From the NCBI GenBank assembly GCA_964106915.2, contig OZ066919.1: 64,000 nucleotides of DNA; one strand, given 5' to 3'. This DNA is from Podarcis gaigeae. Its lineage: Eukaryota. This document shows positions 28,150 to 40,481 of this stretch, piece by piece. Under the pieces are notes generated by a model. The model had not been told where the DNA came from. It saw only the letters and a program-made list of their open reading frames with translations, and did not search any database. Each line of letters starts with the position of its first letter. Position 1 is the first letter of the stretch. The position numbers and the translations under genes are program-made.

Positions 28150-28420
28150 ATAAGTCATATAGAAAAGAAGGAAATCCAGATGGATCCAAAATTAATGTTA
28201 TCAATCTTTAGTGGCCAAAATGTCAGAATTCCATATAAGGAAATGCTTATCATTTTGTTTATAGCAGCACGCTTATTAGTTGTGAAATGCTGGAAGAATT
28301 TGCAAGATCTTTCAATAGAAGCATGATATAACAGAGTATGGTCACTTATACTGGCAGAAAAATTGAGTGCAAAGACAACAAAAGGAAACGGATAAAATAG
28401 AATAGGGTCACTTGGTTCCC
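28150..28420 (+). mobile_element. Degenerate L1/Tx1 ORF2 C-terminal fragment
   Basis: ORF 28120..28326 ends KEMLIILFIAARLLVVKCWKNLQDLSIEA*, then continues YNRVWSLILAEKLS. Same AAR..WK..W..AEKL motif as the fragment at 24815. Confidence 0.7.
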
Positions 28421-30519
28421 CAGTTGTGGCATGCCATTGTAATAAGGGAGAGTGTAAAGTTTTCAAGTATTCAAATGTAACGTAAGGCAGACTGCATAGC
28501 ATAATTTATCACTTTAGCTGCAGTGGCAGAAGTGTCTCCTTGTGTTGCAGCAGCCAAAGCAGCACCATAGTGTTGAGCTGCATGTATGCTGGTAATCACG
28601 TCCATCACATTTACTGTGTGTGTTTGCATGTGTTACATACTATAGTATTCCTAGAAGATGCGGGTGTTTGACAACTGAGAAATTTTGCTGAATGCATGCA
28701 ATGAAATATGCCACCTCTTTCTCCTCCTCCGTCTCATCTGAATGATGCCAAGTGATTTATCAAATGATTCTTGAGCAAGTTCTTACAATCACCTCCAGGC
28801 AGTTTACACAGGAGTCTTAGAAGTAGATTGGAAGCACAACTCTAAGCTACTGTGTGTGTTTCTCGGAAAGTACCAAAAAAGCAAGATTGGAAGATTGAAT
28901 TCACAAAGGAAGGTTTCTCCTGTGACTTGTTAGAATAAACCTTGGAGTCATTTATAATAAAGAGGTAGTGATTCTAGCTACAGATCTCCCTTTTCCTTCC
29001 TTTTTAATGCTTTTAACACAGTTTAATCTGTAACTAACTTTATTTTCGGTTGTTGATCTTTCTGTTGCACCAATGAATTGTTTCCCTGCTACTTAATAAT
29101 GGCAGTTCTGCGCAGGAAATCCTTCCTGCTCCTGATTTGTTTCATTTGTGTGTGTTTTGCACTGTGGGAAGCAGTACTGGTAGAGAAAACGGAGCACTGT
29201 AATGTGCGGCTATAAGAAAGAGCCCTGCTTGATTGGTTTATTTGTTTAAAACGATTATAGTCTGCCATTCTCAGTAAAAGTCTCTCTTAAGACAGCTTAC
29301 ATGATAAAATTTCAAAACTACAACAACAATGCAAAAGTATAAAATGCAAAATATACCGATAGTGCTTAATGAAGCAGAAATAGTAAAACACCAAGTAAAG
29401 TCAAAATATAAAAACACAATTCACCCAATATGAATCAGGGGGAAGATTCATCTAGTCCAGTGCCCTATTTATCTCAGTAGCAAAACAAATGCATTTTTTT
29501 ATACTCTCAAAGTTTAATTCTTATAATTAGCAGGTCCTTATTGAAACTAGCTCATTTTCTAATGGAACATTGGTTTTGTTCACTCCATCCCACCTCTACA
29601 TCAAGCTTAGCAGTTGCCACTTACTTTAAATATGTGGTTCTCAGTGGTTGAAGGCAGGAGGACTTTGTAGAAAACTATGAAATAAGTTTCTGACAGTACC
29701 TAGGTTTCTCATTTGTGATCTGGAAAACTTACTGGGCAAACTTATGAATCAAGCCATCTAGAAATTATCACAATATAGTTTATTATTTATTTGTATACCA
29801 CTGCGTCATAAAGATATATCACAGTGGTTTACAACAATATAAAACATAAAACCAAACAATAAAATCATTTAAAAAAATTTAAAAGTTAAAATAAAATAAA
29901 CATCAATAGACCTTCTGGGGGATGTAGTCTTAACTGCCTGTGAAGGGCTAGCAGAACAGAAAAGCTTTCCGCACTTGTTTAAGTCAGCAGAGAAGGCACC
30001 CACCATAGGGCTCCTGAATACTAGTACAGCCAATTTCTCCTTCAGATCTCAGCAGACATCAAAATTCAAAAGATCGTGGATTTTGCCTCAAAAATCTGAA
30101 AGCAGCAGCAGAACAGGAATTTCAGAAAATACTTATAGACCACTACTGCAAAATCCCTGCGGGTCCACCTTCCAACATATTTCAGGATGCTGTTTATGGC
30201 ATATGAAGTGGCATATGAAAGTGAACCAGTGTTTCCAATTTTATGTTCCATCACAATCCACAAAAACCACATCAAGTGAAAATGCCCTCTTACAAATATT
30301 ATGTAAGGACTGCAACTATGCACAAAGAGGCCTTATTGGCTGCTTCTCAAATGATCTCTACCAGGAAACAGCCAGAATCTAACTTTGGAAATTGAAACTT
30401 AAGTACTCATTTATTTATTTCAGTTGACTTTTTGTAACCTAAGGCAAGGTAGTAGAAGGGTTACATCACATTTTGTGTCTTATACGTTTTAACTTTTCTT
30501 TTATCCATCCCAAGTCTTT

Positions 30520-31330
30520 GAGGTGGGTCACACAATAAATCAAATCAGCAAATAATGAGCTGGCTTCAAAGGTTCCCTCCTGGTTTTTTTCTCTGACGTA
30601 GTGAGTCAAAGTTACGGAACCTTTTGGACACAACCCAGATTGTTTAAAATTCATCCTTCCACGAGTAGAAGAAAATGTTTCATTGGAATTGGCTCTTGGA
30701 AGATTATTTTCTTCAAGGCAGCAGCTGGTTATCACTGCTCTATTTCCACTCCCCCCTTTTCCCTTCCTTTCAAATTGTAGCTTTCTTGACCCATTTTCAT
30801 TAAAGAAAAACTAGGGGAAACCTGGTCCTGAGAGTAGGAGGGCAGCATCTTCTCCATGCTGACTGATGAATCTGCCAGTGGGAGTATGAACGATCTAGGA
30901 GTAGAAATATAGAGCATGCCCTGAACCACATAAATGTAAATTGTTGTTATTAGTGCTATTCTGCCAACCATAAACGGTTCCCGTGAGACTCGGAAGATGC
31001 AGCATCATGCCGAAAGAAATCCTTGCTGTGAATGGGTAAAAGCAGCAGCGTGCTATTCTCTCCTGGGTAATGAATTTACCTAGCTGACAGATCATTAGCC
31101 CTTTCCGTGTCTGAACAGGATGATGGACAGGAACACAAGGGTAGCCTGGCAGTACAGTACATGACTTTTACAACCTTTTATGTCTTAGGTTAAAACTGTG
31201 TGCCAGGAATAAAGGTAAGCATTCAAATTAGCACGATGAACACAAGCAAGCCGTAATAGGAAAGGTTCCCCCTTCTTTTCCTCCTTTGTGAGGAGAACTG
31301 GTGTTCAATAAGGTGTGGGCATTGCGAAGC
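30520..31330. promoter_or_regulatory. Candidate conserved non-coding block in intron 3
   Basis: Repeat-free with many retained CpGs: ATAAATCA (30535), CTTCAAAG (30564), TGACGT (30594) next to TGAGTCA (30602). Also contains the candidate exon 31119-31214. Conservation not verified. Confidence 0.4.
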
Positions 31331-31687
31331 AATAATAAACACCAACACTGGCTTTTTAAGACCTCCCTCCTTTAAACACTGCCTTTGGGCTAAACATGGG
31401 GTGCCATTTAGAGAGAGCAGTCATTCCTTTCTCTCCCATGCCAGTCCATGTGTAGATATTTCCAGAAGTGCGTATAAACAGGGTGGCTAACCTGCAGCCT
31501 CTGGGTTACAGCTGCCCCAAGAGATTTTTGAAGCTCTCCTGGGTCTTTAATGTTTAAAAATTTGTTTAAAAAACAAATTAAGGCTTCTTTAAATGTATTT
31601 TCCTGGCTCTGTGGGTACCTTGCTGTGATTCCATTATTCCAAAATGCTTGAACTAGTTGTATTATTATCTGAACTTGTGAGCTCTGT

Positions 31688-31813
31688 CAGGGATGGGGCA
31701 ACCTGTGCCCCTGCAAACATTGTTGGACTTCAACTCCCATCAGCCCCAGCCAGAGAGGATGGGAATTGTAGTTTTTTAAACATATCTAGAGGACCGTAGG
31801 CTAGCCACCCCTG
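31688..31813. mobile_element. Degenerate hairpin hAT-type MITE
   Basis: CAGGGATGGGGCAACCT ... AGGCTAGCCACCCCTG ends; core caactcccatc...gatgggaattgtag related to 42874-43008. Confidence 0.7.
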
Positions 31814-32014
31814 AATTGGGCCCAAGTGAAATGTTCTTTTCACTTTCTATAAACTATGACAGATTGAATCAGAGAACCATCTTCCTTAATGAAGTATTCC
31901 TGCCAGAAAGACTAGCATTTTGGAACAGCTAAGCCCTAGGAAATGATACAATATAGCTTGCTGATAGATGTCAAATAGGGCTGTAATTAGGTGCCCAATT
32001 TTCAGCACAAGATA

Positions 32015-32232
32015 TAGTGGTAGCTCGGGTTACATACGCTTCAGGTTACAGACTCTGTTAACCCAGAAATAGTACCTCGGGTTAAGAACTTTGCTTCAGA
32101 ATGAGAACAGAAATCGCGCGGCGGCAGCAACGGGAGGCCCCATTAGCTAAAATGGTGCTTCAGGTTAAGAACAGTTTCAAGTTAAGAACGGACCTCCGGA
32201 ACGAATTAAGTACATAACCAGAGGTACCACTG
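32015..32232. mobile_element. Tigger/pogo-like MITE, copy 5, orientation B
   Basis: TA|TAGTGGTAGCTCGGGTTA ... AACCAGAGGTACCACTG|TA; colinear with copy 2. Confidence 0.9.
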
Positions 32233-32284
32233 TATTGGGACAAAGTAGGTGCTTTGGAATATTTGATTGAGTACTTGATTGTTG

Positions 32285-32468
32285 CATTTATACCACATCT
32301 GTCTTCCAAGGAGCTTAAAGCAGCATGTCCACCCATTTTAATCCTCAGAACAACCCTATGAAGTAGGTGAAACTGACTGGTCCAGTAATCTTAATGGATG
32401 AGTCGGGATTTGAGCCCATGCCTCTCCTCTCCTAGTTTGACACTCTGAATCACTATAGCACACTGACT
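32285..32468 (-). mobile_element. MIR-like CORE-SINE remnant
   Basis: atcctcagaacaaccctatgaagtaggt (MIR core), B-box-like ggatttgagccc and A-box-like cactatagcacactg on the reverse strand. Similar remnants at about 48100-48215, 49440-49636 and 52080-52210. Confidence 0.65.
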
Positions 32469-33878
32469 TTCTTAATTCTTCTGTAATTCTTTTAATTTAA
32501 TTCACATAAGGATTTGTCTGAAATAGATCATTTGGAGGCTGCATCTCATTGGCTTCCTACAAGTTGCCGGTAGGTGTTCATGAACAGATTAGATTAAAAG
32601 GGTACCTGTGTAGCTCATCACAGCCCCTGGGGCTGGGTTGCCTAGCATCTCTTGTCATGTGTGAAATATTTATCAAGCTAACATGTTTTTAATACCTTAT
32701 TTTCCTTCACCCAGTGGAAGAGGCTCTGATGCTGAGAAGACATGACATTTTAAAGTGTAGACCTCACAAATACAACAACGCACTGAGTTATCATCTTTTA
32801 ATACTCATGGGGCACTTTCTAAAAACAACAGGATACCACTCACTATCGACATCCTGTTTGGTGTTGTCCAAAATACAAAAGTTCATTTCTATCCCACCCC
32901 CTTAAAAAAACCACACCACCCTAGTGTCAATATTTAAACAAAATGAAAACTGGTCTTTCAGTTCGTGGCATGGGGCTTTCTGTACAGCATGCATGTCACA
33001 AATCATGTCACTTTTCAGTAACTAGGCTGCTGCCAGTGGGAGGCTCAGAAACGCTCGTGTTAATCAAAAATTTTAATTTCAAATCAAATTGACAGTTTAC
33101 ACATGGTGAGGAATGCTGCTCACCATGTGGTATCTCTTCTGTCCCTTCAAGAGTCTGCCACACTGGGCAAAATGGGTGCCACTTGCTGTTAAGGACGTTG
33201 ACTGCAGCGCTTGCAAATTTATAGGTCTCTGTGTATTGGGTATGGGGAGCAGCTGATCTAAGGAAGCCCCTTAGAGAATATGAAACAGAAGGGGTTTCAG
33301 GAAGACTGGCATTGGTAAGCTGCTCTTGGCACAAACCGCTGCAGAAATGACAGGTATTCAATAAACATCATTCTGGCTAAGGGAAAGATTTAAAGGAGGG
33401 AGGGGCTGGGCAGCAATAAACAAGGCGCTGAAACAAATGTGATTATTTCAGCTCTTGATTGGTTTGAATATGTAAATAGTGCAAAAAATTAAAATGACTT
33501 TAAATTTATGTTTCTTTGAGCAAAATAAGGAATGAGCGAGCCACCCATTCCTTCTTGTGGTTTTATATGCCTTAGAAGTAACAGTTACACATACTGAGTA
33601 AGCTAACAAGATTTAGCTTAATGAGAGTTGTTCTAGTTACATTATCTATCCAACACGCACACACAGAGCTTTGCAATTGGGAACTTTCTGGATATAACAT
33701 TGCTGCTGATTAAGATCAGTCCAAAAATTCACATTTGTCAAAATCAGAATGAACTATTATAAACAGGGAACATTGAAGCAGATTAATGTTTGCAATATCT
33801 AGCCAAGTTAAAAACATGAGCACGCTTATTAAGCCATTGAAACGTATTTGCAGGTCCAGTTTGCTTTGGTTGTTTTTA

Positions 33879-33881
<3 letters not shown>

Positions 33882-33926
<45 letters not shown>
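33882..33926. repeat. (TA)n microsatellite
   Basis: Direct reading. Confidence 0.95.
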
Positions 33927-33930
<4 letters not shown>

Positions 33931-35385
33931 AACATAATGTGCGAAGGAGACAACATGTATTTGAAAACAGGTATATCATACAGATAAACCCTTGAGAGAA
34001 CTAGGACATACTGGTCTAGTTTAGTGTTTCAAAAACAAGCCTGAGAAAGCTTTAAGTTGAGATGTCGCTAGGGGAAATCAGAAACTTTTACTTCCATTTT
34101 CAATTAACCAGAGTTTAGTATTGAAATTTTGGTGTATGACCAAACCCTACACTGTGGTTAAGCTTAACTATGGTTTATTGAAACAAGCAACTTTCGTAAG
34201 CCAAGGTAAACTGTAATTAAGAATCATCACAGTTTATTCAGCTTCAGATATAACACTAAATTGTGATTAGTTAAAAATGGAAATGAACATTCTGAAGAAG
34301 AAGAGAGGCGTGGAGCAGCACATGACTCCTCGGCTGGTACATGCTCATTCACATAACAGTAGTTCAGCTTTGTATCCAAATGAGACCAAAGTGTGGAAAG
34401 GCCCTAAGCCTATATCCAGCATCCTGTGGAATCAGTTCCATTACTGAGCAGTCATTATTGTCCTTACTCCTAATGTTAACTTGCTGTTCATTTATTTATT
34501 GACTTGATCACTGAGCTCTAAACCTGAATTTTAAGTCACTACAGCAATTCCTGAGATTACAGTTATGTTGTTTGTTGCGATCAGTAAAAGAAATTATGGC
34601 AGTAGTGATAGGAAAAAGAAGATAAACAACTCCTTTTTACAACAACAACAACAAATCCGTTTATTGTGAGGACCATGCCTGTACACAAAAATCAACTCCT
34701 TTTTATTATTTTCTAAAGGTGGCTTTTCTTTTTATTACAGTCTTTTCAGAGGCCATACATATTCCAAAATGATTAACTTTCTATAGATTCCATCTCGTTT
34801 GCTTTGAAAGGGTTTTGAGGAATGTGTGGTAAACTAATCTACAAAATGAATATGTCTATTTATAATTATGTTTCCCCTTTTAACATTTCCTTTTTGCATT
34901 GGAAATATGAAAAAGCTATAAAAAATGCGAAGACATCTGTTGTTTTCAGAGATGTGGTTGTCCAAACAATATCTATGCTGTTGATTTTTCTAACGAAAAG
35001 GTTATTAATTTTTATTTCACAAAAATATTGGTTGACTTTTAACATAGCATTAGCTTACTTAACTTTCGTGTCATTATTTTAACATTTTAAATCTCCAGCT
35101 TTAATCATATACCTTTTGATATTAGATAGATTGAACAGGGGGGAAAACCCTGACTTATAGTTTGGGCATGTGCATTGACTAGTGCTGTGTGTCAGATTCA
35201 GCCAAAGGCCAAACCAAATGGGAGGTCCAGGTTTCAGCCATGTTGGGATCACCCTTGGGTGCGTCAGGCCACCAGCAATGATCCAAGGCTGTCAGAAGTA
35301 TTGCTCACAACTCAGAATGTAGCAAATCCCGACCCTCTTGTGGGAGACCAGAGCTCAGTAGTAGACTGTGTCTCTGTGTTAAGAT

Positions 35386-35778
35386 CTCCTCTCCTCCTCC
35401 CCTCCTCCTCCTCCTCCTCCTCCTCCTCCTCCTCCTCCTCCTCCTTCTTCTATTTGTATGCCACCCATCTGACTGGGTTGCCCCAACCACTCTGGGCCGC
35501 TTACAACAGAATATTGAAAACACAATAAAGCATCAAACATTTAAAAAAAAATCTGTAACAGGGCTGCCTTCAGGCGTCTTCTAAAAGTCAGATAGCTGTT
35601 TATTTTCTTGACATCTGATGGGAGGGCATTTCACAGGGCGGGCCCCACTACCGAGAAGGCCCTCTGCCTGGTTCCCTGTAACCTCATTTCTCACAGTGAG
35701 GTAACTGCCAGAAGGCCCTTGGCACTGGACCTCAGTTTCTGGGCTGAACAATGGGTATGGAGACGCTCCTTCAGGTAT
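35386..35778 (-). mobile_element. L2-clade LINE 3' end with (CCT)n/(AGG)n tail
   Basis: 35445-35778 is colinear with 11151-11460 and is the reverse complement of 44455-44760; (CCT)n run at 35386-35444. Confidence 0.88.
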
Positions 35779-37859
35779 CTCTAGTATCTTCAATTAAGGT
35801 ATGTCAGGTAGCACCTAGTAGAGACCTTTGCCTGAAATGTTGGAGAGTACTAGATGTACCTACCACTGGTCTAACTCACTATAAGCCAGCTTTCCTATTG
35901 TCTGCCATATTGGACTCCTCCTTGCCCTTTCTCTCTCACATCTGTAGCGGCCAACTCAGTGAGATGGCAAACCAATTGGGCTATGCCACTTGCGACAGCA
36001 GGTGAGGATTTATATGGTGGAGTTCTTCTCGATACAAAATAGAATTCCTGCACATGGAAAACTAGCTGTTTGGGAGAAGGCTACATTAGAAATCTATTTT
36101 TTTGACATCTAGTTTTATATATACATCTGAGCTTTCACGTGCAGTATCAAGAAGTACAGCTCACCACAGGTTTCTTCCCCTTTGAGAACTAGCCTGATGT
36201 CGCTCTGCTGCAATCCTTCTTCTTCTTAGGATTATGCGTCATATTGTTCCAATAATTATTGTAAATATTATGACTACTCATGTTAACAAGTTCCACATGA
36301 CCCACTTAAGAATCTCTCATTTAAATGTTGCGAAATCGGTTTAGTACCCTAGATAGAAAGTTTTGGTTCAGTGATAATTTTCTATTATTCCATGTTATCA
36401 TGCATTGTAAGAGACAAAACAGGGATAAATGAGAGTATTTCATTTTAGCTTTATTTATATTTATTCCAGGTGTAGAATCTGACATTGTCCTTTGAAGCCA
36501 AGATTATTATCTTTTACATGATGTTGCTCTTATTTCAATGTGCAGTCCAAAGAATTCTTAGACATTTATCCCCATTTGCAATTATTCTGAAATGATCTCT
36601 CTTACGAGATGAATCTGTGAAATTTATGAGAAGACTACAAAGAACAAGTTCCAACTAATTTTGTGCATGCTATGAAGAGTTAACAAAACTTTCATTATTA
36701 CACTCTATTAAACTGGGACCAGGAAACAATTTCTAATCAATGCTCTGATCTGGACAGGCTTTTGTGTTGGGCCTAAGATCTTCTGTTCTCTATTCACACA
36801 TGCTCACTTCCAGCTGTTGTCATTGAAATCCCACATAATCTCTCCAGGTCAAAGGGCAGTCATCCATGACTGCTGCAGTTAAAAGGTTATGCTGATTTGT
36901 GTTGTCAAATATTGGCTCTTTTTTTCTCCTGGCCACTTGTATTCTGCCTTTTTCAACAAGAAAGATCCAGCCTAGGATTGTATTACATGACTTTAAAGTC
37001 TTTAAGGTGTCCATCCATTGTGCTAACATGATTTATCCCAGATAGTCTAATTTTTTTCCTGCTGTATGCCTCAAAGAATGTGCTGGTGGTTCTTAAAAAC
37101 TTTTCTAAAGCCATATGTGCAAGCAAGCTTCGGATAATATGGGCATGTGAACCCAGTGGCTTAGTGGTTATTTGGAAGGAAATGCTTCATTTGAATGGCT
37201 AACGAAGTGGCCGTTAGTTAGTTATTTGTGTGATGCTGAACTGATATGAAAAGCAACTGTCAGGAAATGATGGTAGCAAGAGCAATAGAGGGGAAACCCA
37301 TGCAGTACATTGCTAAAGTGATTTCTTAGGAATAGCAATTGGCCCGTTATTTTTAAAGCCTTCATTTCATCTAACTTTATTTTAACGCTGAGATATTTGG
37401 ATAATAAGTCCATACTTAAATGTCTTTATTAAACACACACAAGCACACACTGCAAATATGCATTGATCAAACTGTGAAACTTTTAAATAGACTGGCATGG
37501 GAAGAATATAATTCACAGCATGCTGATTGTCACCATCACATAGGAGCATGTGAGTGAATAGTCGGAATTCCACAGAGGGATACGTCGCTTTCACAGCTTT
37601 CACCTTTTATTAAGCGTAAAGACAGTTGAAATCTTTTCTAGCCTGCCGCAAATTCAATTTAAATACAGTGAATTACAATTCTAGTGACTTCAGGAACATC
37701 TGACAGTTCTGTTTCTAGTGCAGATAGTGACTTATTTCATTTCACCTTTGAGGAAACTTAAATATGTTGGGATCTGTTCGATGCCTGCATTGGAGACTGC
37801 CTAGAACTTCTTTGTACCTACACCAGAAGTGTAAACTAGGGGTACTGTTCTACCATATG

Positions 37860-38610
37860 CCTCATTAAGTGTGTAGTCAATAAAGTCACACCAGATTGCA
37901 TGAAAATTGTCATGTTTCTTTTAACCTCTTGCTACTTTTAATTTTTGTGTCAGTTTTTCCAATAATGTTGTTTGGCAAATTGCGTTATACCCATTGGTCC
38001 ATAGTTAATAATAGTTCTTGCGGCAGTTAATAGCTATGTTATAAGTTCTTTGTTTCTAATTTGCAACATGCGAGTTAAGTATAGCCATTCCTGGGGTCAT
38101 GAGGACTGCCTGCCTTATAATCAAATATATTTCTGTAAATACGTTTTTCCAGAACTTTTCTGTTTTTGGACACTACCACCACATATGCTGATTTGTCCTT
38201 ATAGTGGGAGATCCTCTACAACACATAGGAGAACTGTCCAGTTTTATATATGCTAGGCGTCTAGGGCTCTTTCTGTGGTTAAGGGCTCTTTCTTTCATTG
38301 TTGCCAAAATGGATTTGTATGGCGCTTTTTTCCACTTTCTGTTCCATGCCTCTATTTCAACTTCTAAATCTTAATTCAGTTATTACAACCTTCTCAAATT
38401 TTGCGGAGGACAAAACTCAATCTCTGTAATATATTTAAACAAAGATGATGGTAATATATTTGCTATTATATATTTTTTGACTATTATTTCTTCATATGTT
38501 ATTAATTGTCTTGTGGCTTCATTTTTAATCTGGGAATATGTGAAAAATGACCTTAATTGGTAGCCTAATAACCATGATATTTCAATATTTTCCAGTTTAA
38601 ATTGCATCTT
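37860..38610 (-). mobile_element. Degenerate L1/Tx1 ORF2 fragment including the CCHC zinc knuckle
   Basis: Manual minus-strand translation across stops and frameshifts: ...WNRKWKKAPYKSI...PRRLAYIKLDSSPMCCRG...HMWW*CPKTEKFW...LLTAARTII...KLTQKLKVARG...FHAIWCDFIDY. Confidence 0.8.
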
Positions 38611-39036
38611 ATTAAACGTAAGCAGTCATTCATCTTTGTAAAAATAAATTCCAATAAAAACATTATTTTTATTTCCACATATCTGTAGTATAGACACTAT
38701 ATTTATTTTTGAAAACAGAGTGGAATTGTAATTAAATAATAGGTGAGAGGCCTGAAACCAGAACCTTTGCCTATTTTGTCCAAATTTTCCAAGTTGTAAG
38801 TGTGAACAGATTTGTAAGCCAGTGCAAAGAGAGGAATTTATTTTTTTTAAAGGTATTACTTTTAGAGGAACACCATCTATTTCTAAGTTTTCAAATGTTC
38901 CATTGAGTTTCTTTGTTGCCAGACATTAGGTCTGTCATGTTGCTGAGTTGACATGCATTGTAATAGCTATTTAGATTTTGGAGTTCCCCTCCTCCAACAG
39001 TTGGGTGAAGGTACAGCAAATATTTTTAAATGCATG

Positions 39037-39072
<36 letters not shown>

Positions 39073-39073
39073 G
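39037..39073. repeat. (GTCT)n microsatellite
   Basis: Direct reading. Confidence 0.9.
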
Positions 39074-39941
39074 AAATATGAGTTTGTTAAGTTTTCTTCC
39101 CCACTGGAACATATGGGCAGGTGAGATCCAAACTGGTAACATCTGAAATAAAAATAATAATTTTGAAACAAGCATTAGTTTAGTTGCAGTATCTGGAGCT
39201 TTTTCTAGTTATTGGGATTTGTAATATTTTGGAAAATTGTGGGGAAGTATGAAATAACAAGACTTCTCATTTTTGTCCCAGAGACATTGAAAAAGGTCTC
39301 GGATTCTATACTCTGTAACCTTCCAGCATCAACTGGGACTGTGTACATAAAGCAACATCATCAGCATAAAGTCCCAGAATGTATCCCCTTCCATTGATAG
39401 TTTACAATGTATAATCTGAAAGACACCAGACATGTACTTCATACATCATTATCCAAATTTAATCATTTCATTGCATTTCAAATCTTTTCCAGCTTCACTG
39501 TCACATCAAAACATATGGCTAATACTTAAGTTAGTAGGTGTACTGCTTGATAGATCAGAAATCCTTTCAGCAACTTTTTCAGGTGCCCCTGTAACAAGTA
39601 TCATAGACACCTATTTTGTAAGTATTATTAGAAGTTACTTGCTTGACATTGTTTGTGAAACAGAGGATTATCTAGGTAGGGGATAAAACCAAGAGGAATC
39701 AAGTTGCAGTTAGCGTAGGGAAGGCTTTTCTTTCTAATCAGGCATTTGGTTAAGATAATAGGCTTGAAGTTCTAACTGATCACTACTATTTTAAGATTTT
39801 AAGATGTCTCTGTATAGTAAGATACTCTACATAGCAAGGATTTTCAATGCTGGCATTACTTTGCCGTACAGAAAAGCAGTATTTACAACTTGTGCAACAA
39901 ATATAAAAGTCTCACTTTGTAAGAGTTTATTCATCAAGTCA

Positions 39942-39944
<3 letters not shown>

Positions 39945-40006
<62 letters not shown>
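39945..40006. repeat. Compound (TC)n(TG)n microsatellite
   Basis: Direct reading. Confidence 0.95.
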
Positions 40007-40008
<2 letters not shown>

Positions 40009-40164
40009 TGCATTTTAATGCTGCTTTCAGCCGCTGTGGTTTTTATGTATGAACCTGTTTTTAATGATTGGCTTCTTCATATCTTGTTTTGTTAGCAGCT
40101 TTGAGCGTCTTCATTAAAAAGACAGCACACTATGCCTTTTACTCTAAATAGCTAAACCGTAGAG

Positions 40165-40481
40165 CAGGGGTCAGCAACCTTTTTCAGCTGTGGGCCGGTC
40201 CACCATCCCTCAGACTATGTGGTGGGCTGGGCTACATTTTGGAGAGAGAAAAAAGAATGAATGAATTCCTATGCCCCACAAATAACCCAGAGATGCATTT
40301 AAAGTAAAAGCACACATTCTACTCATGTAAAAACACCAGGCAGGCCCCACAAATAACCCAGAGATGCATTTTAAATAAAAGGACACATTCTACTCATGTA
40401 AAAACACGCTGATTCCATGGGCCGGATTTAGAAGGCAATTGGACCGCATCCGGCCCATGGGCCTTAGGTTGCCTACCCTTG
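40165..40481. mobile_element. hAT (Charlie-like) MITE with perfect 8-bp TSD
   Basis: TSD CCGTAGAG at 40157-40164 and 40482-40489; TIRs CAGGGGTCAGCAACCT / AGGTTGCCTACCCTTG; internal tandem duplication of about 70 bp. Confidence 0.92.
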
